Shown here: piece by piece, positions 1-10,000 of the stretch
How positions within the stretch are numbered: position 1 is the stretch's first letter
How the letters are laid out: every line of letters begins with the position of its first letter
Position numbers and translations under genes: made by a program
The notes under the pieces: model-generated
The model's input: the letters and a program-made list of their open reading frames with translations, nothing else
What the model was told of the DNA's origin: nothing
The model's database searches: none
From: Tetramitus jugosus
Taxonomy: Eukaryota; Protista; Heterolobosea
Direction of reading: 5' to 3'
Assembly (NCBI GenBank): GCA_937625935.1
Contig: OW569354.1
Coordinates: 1-64,000 of the forward strand
DNA: 64,000 nt

Positions 1-753
1 CCAAACCCAAACCCAAACCCAAAACCAACCCCAAACCCAAACCCAAACCCAACCAACCCAAACACCCAAACCCAAACCCAAACCCAAACCCAAACCCAAA
101 CCCAAACCCAAACCCAAACCCAAACCCAAACCCAAACCCAAACCCAAACCCAAACCCAAACCCAAACCCAAACCCAAACCCAAACCCAAACCCAAACCCA
201 AACCCAAACCCAAACCCAAACCCAAACCCAAACCCAAACCCAAACCCAAACCCAAACCCAAACCCAAACCCAAACCCAAACCCAAACCCAAACCCAAACC
301 CAAACCCAAACCCAAACCCAAACCCAAACCCAAACCCAAACCCAAACCCAAACCCAAACCCAAACCCAAACCCAAACCCAAACCCAAACCCAAACCCAAA
401 CCCAAACCCAAACCCAAACCCAAACCCAAACCCAAACCCAAACCCAAACCCAAACCCAAACCCAAACCCAAACCCAAACCCAAACCCAAACCCAAACCCA
501 AACCCAAACCCAAACCCAAACCCAAACCCAAACCCAAACCCAAACCCAAACCCAAACCCAAACCCAAACCCAAACCCAAACCCAAACCCAAACCCAAACC
601 CAAACCCAAACCCAAACCCAAACCCAAACCCAAACCCAAACCCAAACCCAAACCCAAACCCAAACCCAAACCCAAACCCAAACCCAAACCCAAACCCAAA
701 CCCAAACCCAAACCCAAACCCAAACCCAAACCCAAACCCAAACCCAAACCCAA
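1..753. repeat. Telomeric repeat array (CCCAAA)n / (TTTGGG)n
   Basis: About 125 tandem CCCAAA units from the first base, C-rich strand 5' as expected at a left chromosome end. First ~65 nt are imperfect. Array ends ...AAACCCAA|GTCAAAA. Confidence 0.98.
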
Positions 754-1552
754 GTCAAAATTCATTTTCTCATCGAAACCGAAAATTCATCTCAAAATCA
801 ATTTTTAATCAGAAAATCAATCACAATCATCCTATACTTCATGAAATACAATGCTATCTTATGTCTTCTCCTCATCGAAACTAACATTCACGCTTCTTTG
901 TCCGTTAAGGCGACATACACTCCACATATCACCGACCAACATCCAGAAGAAGGTAAACAAAGCATTGTAGGTATTTTCAGCATCGTATGATGATATATTC
1001 GATCTAATTCTACTAGTTCCCTCTCCATAATGTTTGCTCTTTGCTTAGTCAAATCTCCAGAAATGTTCATTTGATATTCTATTGGAACTGGATTGTTTTT
1101 CAAGTAATGCATTTCACCCGTTGCTATTAATGATATTATTTGGTTGTATTAGTAGGCCTGACTCGATCATCTAATGATTTGTTCATTCGGAATTCACGTA
1201 AAAGTTCAAACAGGTCATGTGGCCTCATGACTCACAATTTCGTTAGAAGAAAGTTCAGCATGTCGACCAACTGGGATCTTTCCACTCATCCTGGGAGTTA
1301 TTCCTAACATCTGCAACGTTAACTCATAATCCATTCAAGTTATGACTCGTACTATGGAGTAAGGTTGGTCTTACTGTCATAAACATAACTCGAACGTGGA
1401 CGTATGACAAAATCTAGCCTAATAGATGCAATCCTTTGATTAGATCATTGGTATTCGTCTCATAACATTTGGAATGGGTACAAGGAACTAGCTTGAGAAC
1501 AATTTATGTTAGGAGATGCATGTAGGGATCTGGTTGATTTCATCCGATATGA

Positions 1553-1714
1553 GGCCCGTAAACGGGCTATAGAAAAGTTGATAAATAGGTGGCCCGTAAA
1601 CGGGCCGTGGTAAAAGCATTTTTTAGGCGGCCCGTATACTATCTAGGTAAAAGTTGACTTTTCTTACGGGCCATTGTAAAAAAGTAGTCATACACGGCCC
1701 GTTTACGGGCCACC
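1553..1714. repeat. Cluster of GGCCCGTAAACGGGCC palindromes with a 22-bp perfect inverted repeat
   Basis: GGTGGCCCGTAAACGGGCCGTG (1588-1609) is the exact reverse complement of CACGGCCCGTTTACGGGCCACC (1693-1714). Another near-copy at 1553-1567 and half-sites near 1629 and 1664. Confidence 0.9.
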
Positions 1715-1722
1715 AGTTATGC

Positions 1723-1748
1723 GAAACCCAACGGAAACCCAACGGAAA
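1723..1748 (+). repeat. Telomere-like 11-bp tandem repeat (GAAACCCAACG)x2.4
   Basis: GAAACCCAACG GAAACCCAACG GAAA read directly, next to the inverted repeat. Confidence 0.75.
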
Positions 1749-1896
1749 TCACATGTTTGGCCTATAGTTCCACAACCACAAGTCAAACAACAACCATAAT
1801 GTTAAGTTGAACATTTCAAGATATGAGGAATACAAAAACAGGTATTGTAACGTACGAATACACTCCTTGACGTACTTTTGGTTAGCGTATACGTTA

Positions 1897-1922
1897 AAAC
1901 CCAAACCCAAACCCAAACCCAA
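1897..1922. repeat. Interstitial telomeric repeat (AAACCC)4AA
   Basis: Four perfect units in the same orientation as the terminal array, ending CCCAA|GT. Confidence 0.95.
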
Positions 1923-3061
1923 GTGTCAGAGTGCCAAAACTCGCTGGAATTCAGTGTGATGCACTGATAAAAAAGGCGGTCATGACTCTTTTCCTCATTA
2001 GATGGAACCTGACCAAGCACTAGCCGATAAATGGCTCCTTTGGTCTTTCATATGTTTTGGATACTTGGAGGCGACCAACGATCTACAACGGAACAAGAGA
2101 AACCCGCAAGCAGAAAAAGCTTTGGAGGTACATCACCAAGTGGGCACCAGAATCCAGGAAAGAGCAGTTTTTAAAGGAACATCTGTTGGCAAAAGCAACA
2201 CCCCTCATGATGTTCTTCTTCATATATTCCTTCATCCACTACGCGCTCTTTTCCTATTGCAAATCACGATGGATGTAATTGGAATCTGCGAAGAAGGAGG
2301 AAGCGGCGATGTGATGCGATCGATAGAACGATGACACCAGACAACAACCTTGATATGACATTGTCAAGTGACGGTTTCATGGACTTATTTGGTGCGAACT
2401 ATGATTGAGGCCGATAAACAGAGCCCTCTAATGATAGAGTGACTGTGGAAGAATTGTCTACAACAGAAGACATTCAAGCGTCACCAACATCTTCAGCTCA
2501 ACAAATGGAAAGTTCACTACTCAATCATGCTAGCGAAGAACTGGAAATCCTTGCTCAGAAGTTTGGTAGACATCTCGAGAAGCGGAAAGCAGTCTTAGAT
2601 ATTGTTTTGAATAGAAATCTGGCATCTTACCAGTTCACAATACCACAACGTCTTCAATTTGCAAGTCAAGCTCGCCTAGGATCGGTAGAAAACTATTCCA
2701 ATCCTAAGTGAACGTAGGGTAGTAGATCATGTAGAGCTTGTGGAACCAGCAATTGCTCTGGAAACTTTTAGTGGAGAATCGATCGTTACTATCACAAACC
2801 GGAGCACTAACATGACTTTTGCACAGCATCCATTAGGTGATCGATATCGATCTGAGATCCTCGGTCAGCACATGGATCTCATTCTTGAGTTTTTTGGCAG
2901 GTTAATGACAGTAGAAGAAGCTTCTTTCTATGTCAAGACCCTATTGTATGTCTGGTGCCACATCGAAAACTCTGGTGTGTTCGATACTGAAATTGTTTAT
3001 TTTACCCTGGAACGAGAAATCTTTGGTCGTTCCATCATTGCAAATCTGGGTATAGGCTTGA

Positions 3062-3374
3062 CCTGCCGAGGACCTTGTGAACCACAAGTTTTTTCTCCGA
3101 GTCAAGACCTCTCTTGATGGATGCATGAGCATTCGCGATTCTTCTTGACTCATGAACATCTCAGCAAACTCATAGAGTTTATCGTCCTTCACGTTCACCC
3201 ACGCAATAAACTAGCCTTTCTCCCATTTGCAATTGTTGGTGCTGTGTTATGGCACTGTGTACACTTGATGACTTCTTTTTTGTTGATGCTACTTCCAATG
3301 TTCTGTACTGTCCATACCGCGTACCCGTCGTGCGAGTACTCCCTTGCCCACGGAATGTTTGCATTTGTTTCCAT
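3062..3374 (-). pseudogene. Degenerate 5' part of an RRM ORF1-like gene (paralog of 3541-4563)
   Basis: ATG at 3374 (METNANIPW...). Across frameshifts and a stop it reads KG*FIAWVNVKDDKLYEFAEMF and RRIANAHASIKRGLDSEKKLVVH, aligning to KGQQRFVAWVTVKGDRIYDFVELF and RRIGNSTAAPKRSVDCTRKVVVH of the neighbouring ORF. Confidence 0.8.
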
Positions 3375-3540
3375 GGTTTTTTTCCCGGGTTTTCAATGCG
3401 CTGAGATTTTTTTTTTTTTCCATACAACCATGTGTGCTTGCGCAGCAAGCACACGATTGCTCATTTATTGACTTGTTTTGTGAGTGACGACCCGTAGGGC
3501 GTCATTCACTCTTCTTCTCTTGTTGTCCCCGACGGTGCAT

Positions 3541-4563
3541 CTACAGGTTGGAATAATCACTCTGGTGAGTGTTTTGGTTGATGCCCTTCATCAAAGAGCG
3601 TAACCTTGTAGTAGGACCGTCGATGGACACAGAGCCATCTGTTGTTTTTTTCTTGTTTTGGGCCTTGTTGCTCATCAGATCACCCAGTGTGATCCTGGCA
3701 CTCCTTTTCTTGTTGTCATTGAGTTGTGGACTCTGAATCTCCTTTTCGGAGTCATCATCCACATCCACAATGACTGGTTCGTCCTCAGTCAAACCATACC
3801 TTTTGCGTGCAGCAGCCAGCGCCAATGCAGCAATTTCCTTTTTCACTCTGGCGAACACTGGAGAAGTGGCATTCACTTGCTCCAGAATTTGCCGGTTCTC
3901 AGCACTGAGCTGTACAACAGGCACTGATGGCAGTGGTGTTGCTACAGTCCTCTTTTCTTCTGCCTCCACTAGCTCAGGAGTGGTCTCCATCCTAGCAGTG
4001 GCTTGGGCAACTTCTTGTTCCGGCATTGGTACCGGTTTGTTGCCCCCTTGACCCTTTGTCTTTCCTAATTCCTTGGTGAGTTCTGTGACCTGTCGACGCA
4101 GTGTGTCAACCACCGTCAGCAGCTCCTCGTACATCTTCGTCAACCTCTTGTTGACAGCCTTGAGAGGATCATGTGGTCTCTCGACATATCGAGTGACCGT
4201 GGCCTTTACCTTGTTCTCTCCGCTGAGCACTGCTCGTGCATAGGTTTCATCACCCATGACCACGAAAGCAGTGTCACGCTTCTTGAGCACACTGGAAACC
4301 TTCTCAGGTCCCAGTAGCTTCTTGATGTCGTCCACTGACATGTTCTTCATGCCATGGACGACCACCTTTCTTGTGCAATCAACACTGCGCTTGGGTGCAG
4401 CAGTGCTGTTGCCAATCCTCCTCTCTTTGTTGAACAACTCAACAAAGTCATAGATGCGGTCACCCTTGACCGTCACCCATGCAACAAAGCGTTGCTGGCC
4501 TTTCCTCTTGATGACTTGGACTCGGTTGAGCCAGTCACCAAACTCAGGTGGACATGATAACAA
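3541..4563 (-). CDS. 5'-truncated RRM plus coiled-coil protein, retrotransposon ORF1-like
   Basis: About 340 uninterrupted codons, visibly more GC-rich than the flanks. RNP2/RNP1-like KVVVHGM...RDTAFVVM, then heptad helix LTKMYEELLTVVDTLRRQVTELTKEL and a basic tail. No ATG at its 5' end. AATAAA and A13 downstream. Confidence 0.6.
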   Translation of the reverse strand: MLSCPPEFGDWLNRVQVIKRKGQQRFVAWVTVKGDRIYDFVELFNKERRIGNSTAAPKRSVDCTRKVVVHGMKNMSVDDIKKLLGPEKVSSVLKKRDTAFVVMGDETYARAVLSGENKVKATVTRYVERPHDPLKAVNKRLTKMYEELLTVVDTLRRQVTELTKELGKTKGQGGNKPVPMPEQEVAQATARMETTPELVEAEEKRTVATPLPSVPVVQLSAENRQILEQVNATSPVFARVKKEIAALALAAARKRYGLTEDEPVIVDVDDDSEKEIQSPQLNDNKKRSARITLGDLMSNKAQNKKKTTDGSVSIDGPTTRLRSLMKGINQNTHQSDYSNL

Positions 4564-5140
4564 GCCGAGTAACGGAGTAAATGATATCTGCAATCAACAA
4601 TGATTTCCGACATGTTCTTATGGCCATTTTTGTAACAGAGGGCGAATCCATTAAAATTCCACTGGAATGGAACCCCCACATCCCCTTCTGGGTACAATTG
4701 GATCCGTGGATCACTCATATTTCAAAATCGGTCGTACGCGTTATGATCAAAGCAGATTCTATAGGAGAGACAAGGGTCATGCTATTATTGGTCAAGTAAC
4801 TGTGGATCGTTGTGGAAATATTATTATCGGGGGCCTCGAATGATCAATTGATCCTATCACTATCTAATGTGGTCTCCATGCTACCAAAAGGAAAAAAGCT
4901 TTGTGCCGACGGTGGATTTAGAACCAAAGATCTTGGATTTCACCTGGTCACTCCGGACAATCTGAAAGAAAATGAGATACTTTCTCATTCAGAAGGTGGA
5001 GCTCGTAATTGTCGAGTGTACGATCGGATTTGTCAAGCGCTACGAAATTTTATCATCCCGTTTTCGTCTTAATAGTGCGTTATTACCCGTCGTTGCCATG
5101 GTTTGCGCATGTTTGACGAACAAGTTCTTACAAAAACATC
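4564..5140 (+). pseudogene. Harbinger/IS5-family DDE transposase, frameshifted
   Basis: Motifs in order across frames: ISAINNDFRHVLMAI (end of HTH), GTIGSVDHSYF (D1), FYRRDKGHAIIGQVTVD, GASND, LCADGGF (D2), VECTIGFVKRYEILSSRFR (E), VCACLTN. Confidence 0.85.
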
Positions 5141-5227
5141 CGATTCGCACACCCGAATCTGTTGCGAATTTCGATGAACACCTAGAACTCAAGTTTTCCC
5201 ATCGACTTGAAAACGAAAAAACAAGAG

Positions 5228-6152
5228 ATGTCCAAGGACAAGAAGACAGTCAATAAAAGCCCAAACGAACCTCTAGCTCTCAATCAACACAAGATGAGAA
5301 GAAGAAACGAGGGTCCAACTACACTAACGCAGAGATAGAAGCTGTAATAAGAACCGTGATCAAAAGTCACACATTCAGAATTGGTGAAGAAATGGCTAGA
5401 AAGAACTTCCCTGAGAGAGATGCATCGGACTATAAAAAGAAGATATCTTCGGCCTTTTCTTCGTGGAGACTATGTGTGTAGATATTGACGACGTTGCATC
5501 CGGTGATGAAGTCGGCTTGATGATCAATAACAAAGCTGTGGCCATTGTCACTTTGAATTGGTTTGGAGCTTCTATTGAAAACAAAAAGATACAGAATACC
5601 TCCCCACGAGATTGACTCCGTTTGGTTCAAACAAATTTATGAACGTGGCAAGACTACAAAGCTACCAAAGCCAGATAAAGAATTGAATTTACGAAAAGAT
5701 GCGCTTGGTTTGCAAGGTGAGGGGAGATCATTCCATGGCCCCACGATCAGATGAGAATCTATTTTGAAAAAGAATCAACTCTTGACGAGTCTTTTGTTAT
5801 GCTGGATTCGAAGATGAGAATGTTCTGTGTTATAACACAACATCAATGATTAATGATATGCCTCAGTTATCCGAGGATGTCCTTGATTCAACTATGTCCA
5901 CTCAGAGAAACAAGAAATATGAAGAATCAGTGGTCAAGAAAAAATTACATCGCGGCAGAACAAGCTAAATCATAAATCAACTATGCTAGCAACCCGAGAG
6001 AATGATGAATGTCACGGAAGAGTATGCTGCGCTCATTCAACTATGTTCTAAATTGATAGAACGAGAATAAAATGAAGATGATAGTGGAAAGAAAAAAGGA
6101 TTTTGATGTTGTGTACAGAGTACACAGTGAAAAAGTAGACGAATTTGAATAA
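5228..6152 (+). pseudogene. Myb/SANT-like DNA-binding protein of the Harbinger element, degenerate
   Basis: ATG 5228; after a frameshift KKKRGSNYTNAEIEAVIRTV...NFPERDAS resembles the Myb/SANT start. Downstream sequence is coding-like but broken; AATAAA at ~6148. Confidence 0.55.
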
Positions 6153-7059
6153 ATATTATTATTTGTGCAAAATGAAACGGCATTTGTGTTTTCACAATTT
6201 TTTCGCAATTAATTTTGTTGTAATTTGTGAAAGCAACAAATTACAACTAGTTTTGAGTTGTGTTGCACCACAAAAAAAACGACCTTATTGATCTTGCGTT
6301 GCATTTTGTTCTCTTATGATCTGTTCTTTTATTTGTAGTTGATTTCAACTGATCATGGGAGCTGGAGCTTGCTCAAATCAACATTGTTAAACAGGTCCAA
6401 TTTGTATTGAATCTCTTCCAAATAATCGTGACGTTATCATCCATAATTTCTGATCGCTAAAGCATGCTGGCATTGCGGTTTATCATCTCTTGTTGGACTA
6501 CTAAGAGACAAAATGAAGTCATTTTCTCTCTCTTTTGCTTTCATAATTTTCATGAAAGAAGTATTCAGTTACTGCGAAAGGTTTTTACATCCCTTTACAC
6601 CTTAGTACAACAACTATTCACCCCTAATTCTCCCACTGAAGTGCAATCGAATTTTTGGATCCCCTTCCCCTCGAACGTAAGATGTAATATAAGGACAATA
6701 GAAGTTAGAGTCAGTTCTTTGATTTATGCAGAGAATCAAACAATTTCTTCTGGAGTTCTGTATCATATGAAAAGTAGATAATCTCGATGCTTAAAATAGC
6801 AGCTGATGCCGAGGGTTCGACACCTGATGGTGACCGTTTTCATTTCTAGAAAAGTTCGTAGCTAACCAAAGTCTCACATAAAATCATTTTTTGTTTGAAA
6901 AACAACCCGGCACTGCTGTGTTGTCATAAGACAGACGAAGACGTGGTTGTAGTTCAAAAATGGTCGGCGAACTTGGGACGGGATGGATGTGACGTTTGAT
7001 TTCTCGCCGAAGCGATTCACTTCACGAAGAGGAAGTTCTCTCCCAAAAACAAAACCAAC

Positions 7060-10000
7060 ATGAATAGACCCCTCGATCACATGCTGTTCGTTTTGTGGCT
7101 CTTTTTATGTTTCAACCAGATTGTTCTTGGTAACGAGTTGCACTGTCGCAAGCTTGGAGGCGTCCAGTATTTTGGAAAATGCTACAAGTCAATGGGTTCC
7201 ACTGCATACACCTTTACAGAAGGAGAAGAATTGTGTAAGGCCAATGGCTTTGATGGTCTAGTTCAGATCCAATTCCAAGAGGAAGAAGAAATAATTCTCT
7301 ACAATATCGCAAGAGCGACAGGATCATACTGGACGGGAGTAAAGCATTGGAATGGTCAGTACAGATATAGAGATGGTAGAATTGGTATGTTTTCATTGAG
7401 TGTCACAACATGAACAAGCCTACTAACTACAAGTGTGTGAAACTCGAACAGCATCGAAACCATCCACTATCGACAACTCAGAATGGATTCACCAATTTTA
7501 CACTCTATCTTATGTGCGCTTAGTGTACGAAGGATCTTCCCAATGGTTTGAATCTCTTCCTGATTCAACCAGTAGAGTCATATGTGAGTTCATGTATGAT
7601 GATTATTGTCATGATATCAAAGGTCATTTATTGTTTGGTAAATGTGTGCAGGGTACAGGTACTATGGACACTAGAAACAATGCTCTGAACTTGTGTACAC
7701 AATTGGGCTATCAGTCGTTGTTGACCATCGACTCTGAGCAAGAGAAAAATCTCCTCATCGAAAAGCTCAGTGCTGACAATATTTGGTTAGATCAACAGAA
7801 CACTAATAACTCTTACATTTTTTCGAATGGGATAACTGTCGATTACAATGACCATCTTCCAGTACCTGGAAACAATACTTTTGATTCGGTATATCTTTCA
7901 AATGGCAAGTATCAAGTGGACCAGAGTAGCAATGATATTAGTCGTAATGTAGGATGTCAATCAGTTCTTTCACCAATGTGTTCCAGTATGCATGGATACT
8001 ACTATCGAGGTAGCTGCTACAGATTCTATGGTACACCTTTAAATTTTATGTCCTCACAAGCTTTTTGCAGCTCGTCCGGTTATCAATTAGCAAAAATCCA
8101 ATCACTTGATGAACTGGAATTTTTATTAGTCATGATGACCAACAATTCGACAAGCGATTCATTTGTGAGACTCGATGGTAAATATAATGGCACTCATTTG
8201 TTGGATCAGAACGAACAAATTCTCCCTTTCTTTCCATCAAAACCATCAGGACTCAAACCTTTGGATTCGATAGTCGTTAACATCGCAAATACTTCGTCAT
8301 TTGGTCAGTACAACAAAATGAACATGAGCACACCTCTCAGTTTTGTTTGTCAATTGGATCTGCTGTGCTTCGGACAAAAGAGAGACGCAGGATGTGGATC
8401 TGGAGGTCGGTGTGTCTATACAGACTCATGCATATGTAAACAAGATACTGTGGGTAAGAGATGCCAAGCCCGTGAAAAGATAGCGTTTGAATCTCGTCTT
8501 TCACCCCTGGACACCAACGGAATCAATGATTTCATCGTTACGGATTCTGGTAGTGCATTTATGACCAATAGTACACATATTCTTTCCTTATCGATGGGAC
8601 TTTTTGATACGAATGTTAGTACCCTTATTGGTCAGGGAACACTTCTTGAGGGTACGATCAACTTGGTTGATATTCAGGGAATTGTTCAAACTGGTGAGGC
8701 TACATTTGCAGCCGCTGATGTCGGAACAAACTCAATACTTCTATTCAACTACGGCAATAATACTGAGTCAGCACGAATAGCAACACCCGAACTAAGTCCG
8801 CTTATGGCATTTGATAGTTCTCAACTGTATTATGGATCGAATCAACACGTACAAGCATATAATCTGACGGCAAACTTATCTTCACTGATATATCCAAATG
8901 CGGCTTGCAGTATTCTTGGTTTAGCCCATCAAACCAGGATCTTATTCTTTTCTTGTGACGGCTCGAAACGAATATTTGCATACTATGGATTGGATCGCTC
9001 TGTGAAAATTCCATACGTGGAAGATCTTGAATCAGACTTTAGGCAATTATCTATCGATCCAATTACTGATTCTCTTCTGGCTGTTGTTGGTGATAAAATC
9101 CAGATAATATCGCCCAAAATGAAGAATAGGTATATCGGAGGAGGTTTGGGAAGAATCACAGATCAAATTTCATTCAGTCAACCATCGAGTGCCTTCTTCT
9201 CTCCAGATCGATCAATGCTATTCACAATTGATAGAGCAAACAGTCAACTTGTGAGAATAGATATGCGATGCGAGTATGGCTACTTACCCCCGCATTGCTT
9301 GACTCCAGTGTGTTTTGGAATTGATGCCAATAGCAGCACTGTTTGCAGTGGAAAGGGTGTATGTGCAGCACCAGATCAATGTGTGTGCAATTATCCTAGT
9401 ATCAACAGTCCTGATTGCTCTCAGTATCCCACTCTTCCAAAGCAAATAACCACATTAACTACCTCAGTAATGAACCTTAACTCAGGACTCATTCATCCTA
9501 AGATGAACAATATGCTACTTTTTTGTGATGAGAGCGACACAATCAAAAAACTTAATAGGTCGTCTGGCATAGTGTCGAATTACTTTAGCCCTATTTATTG
9601 CAGAAGCATGACACTTACTGCAGATAGATCTGGTCTGATCATAGTGACACAAAATTTTACGATTGAGCTGATACCAGACTTGATGAATCCAGATGAGGTT
9701 TTTATTCTGGCAGGAGAAGCATCCAATTCAGGTTTTCAGAACGGCTATCAATCAAAAATTGGCGTTGTTTTCAATATTATCATTGATCCGGTTGTACCTC
9801 GTTATGGTTACTTCCTGGATTCGAACGGATTCATTCGTCGATTGGATATTGTTAACAAATTTGTTGAAACATTATCAACATCTGGGAGTCCTAACTACGT
9901 AGGCCATGTTGAATCACTCGTCTATAATTCGAACACTCTCGGATACATGGTTAGGACAAGAGACAAGATTGTATTTTCGAACTATGGCACTCACGGACTC

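Larger units (their letters stand above)
2870..6152 (+). mobile_element. Decayed PIF/Harbinger-like DNA transposon (transposase plus Myb/SANT-like gene), interrupted by an insertion
   Basis: Frameshifted DDE_Tnp_4-type transposase followed by a frameshifted Myb-like ORF, the two-gene Harbinger arrangement. Termini not identified; left boundary approximate. Confidence 0.7.

Noticed and set aside
1-65. Variant telomere units (CCAA, CCCC, CACCC)
   Set aside because: Confined to the extreme contig end; most simply consensus error.
754-1550. Minus-strand coding-like fragments including ORF 888-1112
   Set aside because: Broken by stops with no recognisable motif; cannot be assigned.
1553-1714. 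Palindromic repeats as a CRISPR-like array
   Set aside because: Only three full units, mixed orientation, irregular spacing, no cas genes, eukaryotic context.
2002-2870. Short + strand ORFs after the interstitial telomere tract as an Athena/Penelope or HeT-A-like element
   Set aside because: Orientation would fit, but I found no RT (YxDD), GIY-YIG or hammerhead motif.
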